Below are positions 28,421-36,775 of a stretch of DNA of 64,000 nt, piece by piece. Position numbers and translations under genes: made by a program. Position 1 is the stretch's first letter; each line of letters begins with the position of its first letter. The notes beneath the pieces are model-generated. The model did not search any database and had not been told where the DNA came from. It worked only from the letters and a program-made list of their open reading frames with translations. The stretch is from an uncultured Acidobacteriota bacterium (lineage in GTDB: Bacteria; Acidobacteriota; Thermoanaerobaculia; UBA5066; Gp7-AA6): contig CAVXYF010000007.1 of the NCBI GenBank assembly GCA_963765835.1, forward strand, positions 9,654 to 73,653, given 5' to 3'.

Positions 28421-31114
28421 CTAGAACTCGACGCGGAACCCGAGCTCGTAGCTGCGGGGCCGCTGCCACGAGGTGGCGAAGTTGAAGCGCTCGTTCGTCG
28501 GGTTAGCGACGGTGCCGCCGTCTCCGACGTTGTCGTCCCGCTGGATTTCGATCTCGGTGTCCAGGATGTTGAACACGGATGCGATCACGCCGAGGCGCAC
28601 GGGTCCGACGACGAAATCCTTCTGAAGCTGCGCGTCCCACCGGTAGAAGTCGGGGAGACGCCGCGAGCCGCGCGGTTCCAGGAACTCTTCGCCGTACGGA
28701 GCGTTGGGCGCCGGGCGCGTGACGTTGTACGCCACTCCGCTATCCCAATACGCGCTCGTTCCGGCGAAGAAGTCCCACGGCAGGCGAACGTAGCCGTCCA
28801 GCTTGACGACGTGCCGCGCGTCATCCGATGTGAAGCCGTAGCGGTTCACGAAGTGGTCCGGAAAGAAGTCGAAGTCGGTGCCGGTGTTCTGGGTGTACTC
28901 GACGGAGCTGCGCGACTTGGACAGCGTGTAGGACATGATCCAGCTCATCGCGCTGGTCGGCCGGCTCTCGACCTTGAAGATCAGGCCGCGGTAGTCGGAC
29001 TTGAGGACGTCCGATTGCCCGGCCGGGCGGTTCGTCAGCCAGTAGGTGTTGCAGTCCGCGTCGAAGCAGGTGTCTTCGAACATGCGACGGTTGCGCCGGT
29101 AGATGCCGGTCACGTCGAGGCTCGTGTTCTTGAAGATCCGCTGCGTGATCCCGGTCGAGATCTGCTGCGAATACGTCGGTCGGAGCGATGGATCGAGAGT
29201 GTTGCCGGAGGGTCCGCCGAACGCGCCGAGGAACTCGAACTCCTCGCCGGTGAAGAGGAAGGCCCCGAGGACGGTGCCCTGGCGGGCCAGGAAGCCGGGC
29301 AGCGTGAGCGCGGAGTCCTCCATGAACTCGCCGGCGTTGGCCTTCAGGATGGTCGAGGAGTTGTTGAAAACGTCCCACGACACGCCGACGCGGGGCTGGA
29401 TGCGGGAGAAGGTCTTCACCTTCTCGTCGTCCTCGAGGAGATAGTCGACCTCGTCATAACGGGCGCCGAGCTTCGCGGTGACGCTCGGAACCGGCCGCCA
29501 CTCGTCCTGGACGTAGAAGGCCATTCCGCGCGCCTTGAACGTCTGCTCGGGCACGTCGGTGTAGACGAGGTACAGGAAGGGATCGCCGTCCGCGGGCTCG
29601 TCGATGGCCCCGCAGGTCGCGCCGGCGGGCTGGCCGAACTCCTCCGAACAGAACGTCGGGTCGAAAGGCGTCCCCGTCACGTTGTTGACGCTCTTGAAAC
29701 GGGTCCACTCGAGGTCGGTTCCGACCTTGAAGAGATGACTGCCGAGGAAGTTCGCCATATAGCTCGTCGACGCGAGCGCCTGGAACCGGGGGCGCTTCGC
29801 ATTCTGGATGTTCGTGTAGTTGCCCGAAGAGATTCCGGTGACCTGGTCGATCACGCCGGTCGTCTCGAGATCCCCGCTCTGCGGGAAGGCGTCCAGCTCG
29901 TTGTTGATGTAACCAGCCTGCAGGTTCGCCAGCCAGTTCGGGGTCAGCACCGCGTCGTAGCTGGCGTTGTAGACGGTCAGGTCCTGCGTCTGCTTGTAAC
30001 CGGCCGCTTCGGTGTAGAACGAGCTGTCCTCGGCGTGGTCGATGTCGGCCGTCTCGCTGTTGAACTTCAGGGCGAGCGTCTGATTCGGGGCCGGCGTCGC
30101 GGTCAGCTTGCCGAACACCGACCAGCCCTTGAACTCGCGGCGACCGGGCTGAAACCCGAAGAGATCCGGGCGCTGCCGGGTGAAGTCGGGGCGCTCGAGG
30201 GATCCGAAGAACCAGACCTTGTCGCGCAGGACCGGTCCGCCGAGGGTCGCGGCCGGCGCGAGGTTCTTGAAGTCCTCGGAGTCCCGGTCGTAGCGCAGCC
30301 TGTCGGTGCCCGCCGGGAAGTCGCGCCTGCGCTCGCCCCGCTCGGTCAGAGCCTCCGACTGGAATCTCACGTCGAGCGAGCCGTGGAATTCGTTGCCGCC
30401 CGACTTCGTGATCACGTTGATGATCCCGCCGATCGCCTTGCCGTACTCGGCCTCGAAGCCGCTCGTTTGCACCGCGATCTCCTGGATCGAGTCGAAAGTG
30501 AAGTTCGACGTGAACGTGTGGGTGACCGGGTCGGTGGTGTTCAGGCCGTCGATCAGGAACGAGTTCTGGCCGAAGTTCGAGCCGAAGAACGACGGGTTGC
30601 CGCCGGATCCGGCCTGGCTGCCGGACCCCGGCGCCTCGAGAACGACGCCCTGATAGGAGCGGTTCGCGAGCCCGATCGTCGAATATTTGAGGTGGTCCTC
30701 CTTCAGGTTCAGCTGGGTGTTCGTCTTCGTCGGGTCGATGACGACGGTCTCGCTGCTCACCTCGACCGACTCCGACACGCGCGCCAGGGCGAGCGTGACG
30801 TTGATCTTCGTCGCGTTGTTCAGCGAGACGACCACGTCGGTCCGAACCGACTTCTCGAAAGACGCGATCTCGTAGTCGGCCCGGTACGTTCCGGGTGGGA
30901 GCAGCGGGAAGTTGTACTCCCCGGAGGCGTTGGTCGTGACCGTGCGGGTGCCCTGGAGCGAGGGGCTGGAAATGGTGACGTTGACGCCGGGCAGGGCGCT
31001 CCCGTCCGCGTCCGTCACCGTACCGAAGAGAGTTCCGGTCGTCGCGGCGAAGGCGCTTCCTGCGGTGAGCAGGAGCACCACCGCCACGGCGAAGCTTCGA
31101 AATCGACTGTTCAT
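28421..31114 (-). CDS. Oar-like TonB-dependent outer-membrane receptor
   Basis: Carboxypeptidase-regulatory-like N-terminus; AEYGKAIGGIINVITKSGGNEFHG; C-terminal F. Confidence 0.92.
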   Translation of the reverse strand: MNSRFRSFAVAVVLLLTAGSAFAATTGTLFGTVTDADGSALPGVNVTISSPSLQGTRTVTTNASGEYNFPLLPPGTYRADYEIASFEKSVRTDVVVSLNNATKINVTLALARVSESVEVSSETVVIDPTKTNTQLNLKEDHLKYSTIGLANRSYQGVVLEAPGSGSQAGSGGNPSFFGSNFGQNSFLIDGLNTTDPVTHTFTSNFTFDSIQEIAVQTSGFEAEYGKAIGGIINVITKSGGNEFHGSLDVRFQSEALTERGERRRDFPAGTDRLRYDRDSEDFKNLAPAATLGGPVLRDKVWFFGSLERPDFTRQRPDLFGFQPGRREFKGWSVFGKLTATPAPNQTLALKFNSETADIDHAEDSSFYTEAAGYKQTQDLTVYNASYDAVLTPNWLANLQAGYINNELDAFPQSGDLETTGVIDQVTGISSGNYTNIQNAKRPRFQALASTSYMANFLGSHLFKVGTDLEWTRFKSVNNVTGTPFDPTFCSEEFGQPAGATCGAIDEPADGDPFLYLVYTDVPEQTFKARGMAFYVQDEWRPVPSVTAKLGARYDEVDYLLEDDEKVKTFSRIQPRVGVSWDVFNNSSTILKANAGEFMEDSALTLPGFLARQGTVLGAFLFTGEEFEFLGAFGGPSGNTLDPSLRPTYSQQISTGITQRIFKNTSLDVTGIYRRNRRMFEDTCFDADCNTYWLTNRPAGQSDVLKSDYRGLIFKVESRPTSAMSWIMSYTLSKSRSSVEYTQNTGTDFDFFPDHFVNRYGFTSDDARHVVKLDGYVRLPWDFFAGTSAYWDSGVAYNVTRPAPNAPYGEEFLEPRGSRRLPDFYRWDAQLQKDFVVGPVRLGVIASVFNILDTEIEIQRDDNVGDGGTVANPTNERFNFATSWQRPRSYELGFRVEF

Positions 31115-31137
31115 CTGTATTCCTTTCTTTCTTTGCT

Positions 31138-31172
31138 CGTGTCCCGTGTCCCGTGTCCCGTGTTCCGTTTTC
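31138..31172. repeat. Heptamer tandem repeat (CGTGTCC/CGTTTTC)
   Basis: Three exact and two degenerate units between the receptor genes. Confidence 0.85.
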
Positions 31173-34167
31173 AGAAGCGGAGTCCCACCGAGAACCTAAA
31201 GGTCCTCGGCAGCTGATAGGCGTCGCGGCCGATCGCCTGTCCGAAGTTCGCGGCGTACGCGAAGTCCGTTCCCTCGACCGGCTCCTGCGACGGATCGAAG
31301 TTCTGGAACGGCGCGCCCGCGCTGGCCCGGGTGTTGACCGTCGTGCTGGAGTCGATTCCGATGCGGCCGCCCGTCAGGGCGTCCTCGTTGAACACGTTGA
31401 TCAGCTCGGGCTGGAGGAAGACCTCGAGCGACTTCCAGACCTTCAGGTTGACGTTCAGCGCCAGGTCGGTTCGGGTCATGTCCTCGAACCGGAACGGCGC
31501 GCGTCCGCCGCCGAAGTAGTAGTTGACCGCGACCGGAGGATCCTCGTAGCCCGGGTTGTCCACGAAATCGCGGGTGTCGACCGTCCCGAGGCCGCGGTAC
31601 GCGCGCCCGGACCCGTAGGTCTCCAGCACCGTGATGTTGAAGTCGGCCAGGCGGGTCGGAAAATCGAAGCCGAGCCAGAGCCGCGCGTTGTGGCGCTGGT
31701 CGCCCTCGAGATACCCGGTCGGATTGTTCTGGCGGAACTGCTTGTACTCGGGATACTCACCCGCGGTGCCCGGGATCGGGCCGCTCACGAAGTCCTCCGC
31801 GTCCAGGTTGCCGGTCAGGCGCGACCACGTGTAGTTGCCGCCGACGAAGAGACCCACCGGGAAGCGGTAAGAGAACTGGGTCTGCACCGCCGTGTAGCGG
31901 CGGTCGTAGCGTTCGTCGTTGCCGACGATTCCGAGGTCCGTGAAGTTGCCGAACTGGTCTTCCGGCGAGGGTCCCGTCTCGAGGTCGATGCGGCTGCCGT
32001 AGAAGTCGTCCCAGTTCCGGTAGATCAGGTCCACCTTGCCGAATCCGCGCGTCCCGAGAGCTCCGCCGAAGCCGACCGTGTACTCCTTCACGTTCGGCGA
32101 TTTGAGCGACCCCCCCAGGATCGTCGAGGAGAGGCCCGGAATGTCCTGGAGCCGCGTCGGTCGCGAGGAGGTCCCGCCGATGGAGTTGAACCAGTCGAAG
32201 ACGGCCTGGATCGCCTGCGCGTTCGTCAGGAGCTGGTCCGTCGGGGCATTGACGTCGCAGTTGATGCAGGGGCCCCGGTAGAACCAGTCGAGCGTTGCGT
32301 TGATGCCGGCGGGCGAGGAGTCGTTCGCGATCCCGAGCGTCAGGTTGGCGACGTACTGCCCGTACCCGGCGTTGACGACGAAACGCCCGTCGCCGCGCAC
32401 GTCGTAGTGGGCCGCCAGCCGGGGGCTGAAGGCGGAGTCGTCCGAGACGAGGAACCCGTCGCTGTTCTTGGAGCGGTTCTTGTCGTACCGCAGGCCGGCG
32501 TTGAAGCTCCAGTGGTCGCCGACCGCGATCCGGTCGTTGACGAAGATCGACTCGGTGTTGAAGTCGGTGCCCTGCGTCAGCTGGAGGATCGGCGTGTAGC
32601 GGAGGAACGTCGAGTCTCCGGGGGTCCGGAAGACCGGGAAAACGTCGGTGCCCCGGATGATCGCGCTCGTGCCGAAGATCCGGTAGTCGCTGCCGGACTG
32701 GTGATTGTTCGCGAACTGGAAGTCGTGAAAGTGCTCGTAGCCCAGGCGGAGGTCGTGGGTGCCGAGGTTCGACGTGGACAGGAAATAAGACACCTTGCCC
32801 GACCAGGACTCGTTGTCGCGCTGCTCCGGGGTGTCGTTGGAAAACGTCGGCGAGTTGTACCGGGCGTTGCCGCGGGACCGGTCGAGCAGGAGCGTCCCCT
32901 GGATCGGGTCGAGGAACGGAGAGCCCGAGTTCTCGAACGTGAACTGCTTCTTCGCGTACTGGGCTTCGACGAAGAGGCGGTCGGTCCAGACGCCGTTGTA
33001 GTTCACTCCGAGGAGCGTGTTCGGGGTCTGGCGGGTGACGAGGCTCGCGGTGTCGAGGATGTTCGTCGTGAACGAGTTGTTGACCTCTTCGTCCGCGACG
33101 TCGATGTAGCTGCCGACGAGGCTGTGCCGCGGCGTCACCGCGACCGTCAGCTTCCCCTCGATCCGCTGCTGGTCGCGGATGTTCTCGTACGCGATCGCCG
33201 TGGGATCGATCGAGCCGGGCCCCGCGGTGGGGTTCGTCTGGCGCGAGAGGGACGTCTTCTGCGTGCGGTACGCGCCGAATCCCCAGATGCGGTCCACCCA
33301 GATCGGGCCGCCGAGCGTCGCCTCGTACACCGGGTTCGTCTTGTCGATCCGGGGGTCGAGGTTGCGCGAATCGTTCAGCGGATCGTTGCTGTTCCACTTC
33401 TCGTTCGTGAAGCTCGTTCGGAACGAGCCGGACAGCCGGTTGCCGCCGGACTTCGTGATGGCCGACACGACGCCGCCCGTGAACCGGCCGTACTCCGCCG
33501 AGATGTTGCCCGTGAGGATCGTCGTCTCCTGGATCGCGTCCTCGATGAACAGGTCGTGCGGCTGTCCGCGGAGGTTCTCGTTGACGACGACTCCGTTGAT
33601 GAGAAAGAGGCTGTCGAAGGAGGGAGCCCCGCCGATCGCGATCGAGGCGAGCCGGTCGTTGCCTCCCGGTCCGTTGTTGGTCACGCCCGGCCCGAGCAGC
33701 ACCGTGCCCGCGAGCGTCCGCGCGATGGGGAGCTTCTCGACGAACGATCCCTTGTAGTTGGAGGCGACCTCCGGCGAGTCGATGAGCGCGGTCTCGGTCG
33801 CCGCGCCCGTGACCGTCACGTTTTCGGTGACGGCGGCCGGCTTCATTTCGACGTCGAGCCGGGCGATGCCGTTCGCCGGGAGCGAGACGTTCTGCTCGAT
33901 CCCGCTCATGCCCGCCAGCTCGAACCGCACCGTGTAGTCCCCGGGCGGCAGGAGATTGAAGATGTAGTCGCCGTTCGAGCCCGTCGTCGTATCGCGGGCC
34001 CCCTGCAGGCGCGGCGACTCCACCTTGACGGTGACGCCGGGCAGAGCGACACCCCCCTCCGTGGTGACTTTTCCGGTGAGCGACGCGGTGGGAAGACCCT
34101 GCGCGGCGAGGACTGCGCCCGAGAGGAGCGCCGCCGCCGCGATCCATCCGATTCTTCCGGTTTTCAT
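31171..34167 (-). CDS. Oar-like TonB-dependent outer-membrane receptor
   Basis: ISAEYGRFTGGVVSAITKSGGN; C-terminal YQLPRTFRFSVGLRF; RBS before ATG 34167. Confidence 0.92.
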   Translation of the reverse strand: MKTGRIGWIAAAALLSGAVLAAQGLPTASLTGKVTTEGGVALPGVTVKVESPRLQGARDTTTGSNGDYIFNLLPPGDYTVRFELAGMSGIEQNVSLPANGIARLDVEMKPAAVTENVTVTGAATETALIDSPEVASNYKGSFVEKLPIARTLAGTVLLGPGVTNNGPGGNDRLASIAIGGAPSFDSLFLINGVVVNENLRGQPHDLFIEDAIQETTILTGNISAEYGRFTGGVVSAITKSGGNRLSGSFRTSFTNEKWNSNDPLNDSRNLDPRIDKTNPVYEATLGGPIWVDRIWGFGAYRTQKTSLSRQTNPTAGPGSIDPTAIAYENIRDQQRIEGKLTVAVTPRHSLVGSYIDVADEEVNNSFTTNILDTASLVTRQTPNTLLGVNYNGVWTDRLFVEAQYAKKQFTFENSGSPFLDPIQGTLLLDRSRGNARYNSPTFSNDTPEQRDNESWSGKVSYFLSTSNLGTHDLRLGYEHFHDFQFANNHQSGSDYRIFGTSAIIRGTDVFPVFRTPGDSTFLRYTPILQLTQGTDFNTESIFVNDRIAVGDHWSFNAGLRYDKNRSKNSDGFLVSDDSAFSPRLAAHYDVRGDGRFVVNAGYGQYVANLTLGIANDSSPAGINATLDWFYRGPCINCDVNAPTDQLLTNAQAIQAVFDWFNSIGGTSSRPTRLQDIPGLSSTILGGSLKSPNVKEYTVGFGGALGTRGFGKVDLIYRNWDDFYGSRIDLETGPSPEDQFGNFTDLGIVGNDERYDRRYTAVQTQFSYRFPVGLFVGGNYTWSRLTGNLDAEDFVSGPIPGTAGEYPEYKQFRQNNPTGYLEGDQRHNARLWLGFDFPTRLADFNITVLETYGSGRAYRGLGTVDTRDFVDNPGYEDPPVAVNYYFGGGRAPFRFEDMTRTDLALNVNLKVWKSLEVFLQPELINVFNEDALTGGRIGIDSSTTVNTRASAGAPFQNFDPSQEPVEGTDFAYAANFGQAIGRDAYQLPRTFRFSVGLRF

Positions 34168-34215
34168 CTCTCTCCCCCTCCTGTTTGAGTCGTGCTGAAA
34201 GAAACGCCCTGGACT

Positions 34216-34254
34216 GTGACGGGTGCAGGCCCCTTCGGGACCTGTCCCCGTGAC
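34216..34254. repeat. GGGGACAG hairpin repeat, inverted copy in the receptor 5' UTR
   Basis: GTGACGGGTGCAGGCCCCTTCGGGACCTGTCCCCGTGAC. Confidence 0.85.
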
Positions 34255-34266
34255 TTGCTCGGTGAG

Positions 34267-34282
34267 AGCAACGCGGTTGCCA
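34267..34282 (-). promoter_or_regulatory. Putative sigma54 promoter for the receptor operon
   Basis: Minus strand TGGCAACCGCGTTGCT (GG-N10-GC). Confidence 0.65.
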
Positions 34283-34779
34283 CGGACCAATCGAGGACGC
34301 GTGCGACGAATCGAACCGGCGGGGGGACGAGGGACCGGGGCGCGCGGACGAAACTGCGCCGCGCCATTCTCGTCGCGGCGGGCGCTTCAGAACTCCGGAC
34401 GGTTGATCAAACGGTTGGATACCGTGCGCCGAGCGGCGCGGCCCGAGCGCGCCGACGACCGTCGCCGCACGGGAGGAAGGGAAGGACGAAGAGTTCGTCG
34501 GGCGGGACGGCTCAGAACGAGCCGTGCGGCGTTGCCGTCACATCCGGTTTGCCGGATTTTCGGGGTGGATTTGGACGACCGGGATCGCGCGGCGACCGTT
34601 CGTGACCGCTCGTCGGAAAAAAGTTTCGACGTCCGCGGGGCCTGGCCGGAGTTCCCGTCGACTCTCGTCCCTCGAAAGCGGGCATTGGTCCCGATCCGGG
34701 CGCTCCGGGGTGGCCGAGGCAGCGGAATTGCTGTCCCGCGGACCCGTGGAGCGATCCCGAAAAATCTTTTCTTCGTCCG
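34283..34779. promoter_or_regulatory. Arrays of TCGTCC-like direct repeats with about 21-bp period, facing both divergent genes
   Basis: Minus-facing sites at 34283, 34303, 34324, 34345 and at 34483, 34504; plus-facing (G/A)TCC(C/G) at 34667, 34688 and at 34733, 34754, 34775. Confidence 0.5.
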
Positions 34780-34810
34780 GTTCGTTTAGAGAGGTGGAGA
34801 TCTTGCGGTC

Positions 34811-35926
34811 TTGAAACGTCTGGCCCTCTGGAAGGTGACGGCCCTGGCGCTCGCTCTCGCGTGCTCCCGCGTCGCGGTCGCCGACGTGGAGTCCATGTAC
34901 GACGGCGGATCCGCCGGACCCACGCGCCGCCGGACGATCGAGCGGTCGCGCAAGCTCCTCGCGGACGTGCTGGAGCTCTATCCGGGAACCACCGTGGCGG
35001 TGGCCATCGAGGACCGGGTGGTGTGGTCGGCGGGCTTCGGATACTCGAACGTCAAACGTCAGGTTCCGGTCAGCTCGTCGACGCAGTTCCGGATCGACCG
35101 CGTGTCGGAGTCGCTGACGGCGACCGCGCTCGTCCGGCTCGCCGAGGAGGGTCGCCTGGACCTCGACGCTCCCGTGCAGAAGTACGTGCCGGCCTTTCCC
35201 GAAAAAAATTATCCGGTGACCTCCCGCCAGGTCGCGGCGCACCTCGGGGGAATTCCGGCGCTCGCGCCGCAGCGGCTGGTGGCGAATCACTGCACCCAAC
35301 CGGATGAGGCGCTGCGGACGTTCGCGGCGCTTCCGCTGTCGAGGCTTCCGGGGACGCGCTACCTCCACTCGACACCGGGCTACGTCCTCCTCTCGGCGGT
35401 GGTCGCGGGAGCCTGCGGGCAGGATTTCGTCTCGTGCATCCAGGAGAGGGTCTTCAAGCCCGCCGCAATGACGGCGACGGCGCTCGACAATCCGCGCACG
35501 CCGGCCCCCCGCCAGGCCGTGCCCTACGTGCGCGGCTGGTTGAGCATGCTCGCGGAGGCGCCGCCGGTGGACAACAGTTGCCAGTGGGGCGCGGGCGGCT
35601 TCGTTTCCACCGCCGAGGACCTCGCGCGGTTCGGGCTCGCGCTGCTCCGCGGTGAGCTCGTAAAGAAGGAGTCGGTGTCGCTCCTCCTCGCGCCGCAGAA
35701 GACGTCGACCGGCGAGAGCACGGGCCATGGCCTCGGGTGGCAGGTGGGCGTCGACTCAAAGGGACGGCGCCGGCTCGTGCAAAGCGGGCGGACCGTCGGC
35801 GGACGATCCGTCGTCGTGCTCATACCCGACGCGAAGCTCTCTCTCGCTCTTCTCGCCAACGTGGACGGCGAGCACCTGGACGATCACGCGCTGAAGATCG
35901 CGGAGCTCTTCGCGGAACCGGAGTGA
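34811..35926 (+). CDS. Beta-lactamase/serine-hydrolase family exported protein lacking catalytic residues
   Basis: LDLDAPVQKYVP.FP and GAGGFVSTAEDLARFG fold motifs; the SxxK position reads FRIDRVSESLT. Confidence 0.85.
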   Translation: MKRLALWKVTALALALACSRVAVADVESMYDGGSAGPTRRRTIERSRKLLADVLELYPGTTVAVAIEDRVVWSAGFGYSNVKRQVPVSSSTQFRIDRVSESLTATALVRLAEEGRLDLDAPVQKYVPAFPEKNYPVTSRQVAAHLGGIPALAPQRLVANHCTQPDEALRTFAALPLSRLPGTRYLHSTPGYVLLSAVVAGACGQDFVSCIQERVFKPAAMTATALDNPRTPAPRQAVPYVRGWLSMLAEAPPVDNSCQWGAGGFVSTAEDLARFGLALLRGELVKKESVSLLLAPQKTSTGESTGHGLGWQVGVDSKGRRRLVQSGRTVGGRSVVVLIPDAKLSLALLANVDGEHLDDHALKIAELFAEPE

Positions 35927-35950
35927 CACGCGGAGCGCGAGCGCCTTCGC

Positions 35951-36115
35951 GGGTCGTCCCGAGCGCAGCTCCCCCTCTTGTCATCCTGAGGAGCGAAGCC
36001 TCCTCCCTTGTCATCCTGAGGAGCGAAGCCTCCTCCCTTGTCATCCTGAGGAGCGAAGCGACGAAGGATCTCTCCCTCGAACGCAAGAGATCCTTCGCTT
36101 CGCTCCGAATGACAA
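35951..36115. repeat. REP-like palindrome with a triplicated 30-nt left arm
   Basis: (CTTGTCATCCTGAGGAGCGAAGC..)x3 at 30-nt period, then GAAGGATCT...AGATCCTTCGCTTCGCTCCGAATGACAA. Confidence 0.9.
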
Positions 36116-36241
36116 CACGGCGCTCGGAATGACGCGGCCGCCGTGTGATCCCGCTCACGTTCTTTCGTCACACCGTTTCGCGCCCTTTCGGATGAGCTCC
36201 GAGTGCGCTCGTAACAGGCGTCGGTTCAGCAGCTTGCAAAC

Positions 36242-36257
36242 TGGCACACCTCTCGCA
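36242..36257 (+). promoter_or_regulatory. Putative sigma54 promoter
   Basis: TGGCACACCTCTCGCA (GG-N10-GC), about 55 nt before the small ORF. Confidence 0.55.
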
Positions 36258-36312
36258 ACCTCGATCGCCCAGCCGCGAGGAAAAACGCGGCGCACTAAAG
36301 GGAGGTTGCGTG

Positions 36313-36612
36313 ATGAGAAAAAGCGGCAAGTGGAAACGGTCGATCGCATCGGGAATCCTGGGGACGGTTCTCTGCGCGGGCGTCACGCTCGGCGTCGAAA
36401 ACCGCATGCGCACCGAACGGCCGGTCGCGAAGCGGTCGGCGTCCGCGACCTCCACCACGCCGTCTCGCGGCCGGGTGGTCGAGTTCAAGCCGGAAGGCAC
36501 GGACTCCTGGCTGTGCACCTACGTGAGCCCCTTCTTCTGTGACGCTGCGCCCACGATCACGAACACCGCGCCGACGCCGGGAACGGCGATGGCCGAGCGC
36601 GGCCGCCGGTAG
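36313..36612 (+). CDS. Small membrane-anchored or secreted protein with a WLCTYVSPFFC motif
   Basis: GGAGG RBS, hydrophobic N-terminal helix, GC3-rich codons and its own terminator. Confidence 0.7.
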   Translation: MRKSGKWKRSIASGILGTVLCAGVTLGVENRMRTERPVAKRSASATSTTPSRGRVVEFKPEGTDSWLCTYVSPFFCDAAPTITNTAPTPGTAMAERGRR

Positions 36613-36671
36613 AGAGAGAGTTCCAACGATCCAGACTCCCGCGCGTCGGGGTTCTCGGTCGCTGGAAGTCG

Positions 36672-36699
36672 AAAAAAGCCCCTCGAAAGAGGGGCTTTT
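36672..36699. terminator. Intrinsic terminator, bidirectional type
   Basis: AAAAAAGCCCCTC-GAAA-GAGGGGCTTTT. Confidence 0.88.
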
Positions 36700-36704
36700 G
36701 ATTT

Positions 36705-36775
36705 AGGGTCAACGCTGAATGACTGAATTCCGCGATTCAGGCCTGACCCGAATTCAGCGATTCAGCGTTGACCCC
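36705..36775. repeat. GATTCAG(C/G)..TGACCC repeat cluster
   Basis: Same units as 12844-12869 and 16903-16968; contains the TTG start of the next ORF. Confidence 0.8.

Noticed and set aside
28811-34188. Long plus-strand ORFs of 801 and 1011 aa
   Set aside because: Antisense shadows of the receptor genes, typical of high-GC DNA; no motifs.
35971-36060. Possible mini-CRISPR array of three repeats
   Set aside because: The 30-nt units are contiguous with no unique spacers, match the REP arm, and no cas genes are present.
36146-36215. Periodic TCGT motif upstream of the small Cys protein
   Set aside because: Spacings are irregular (19, 23, 21) and matches are weak, so it was not counted as an array.
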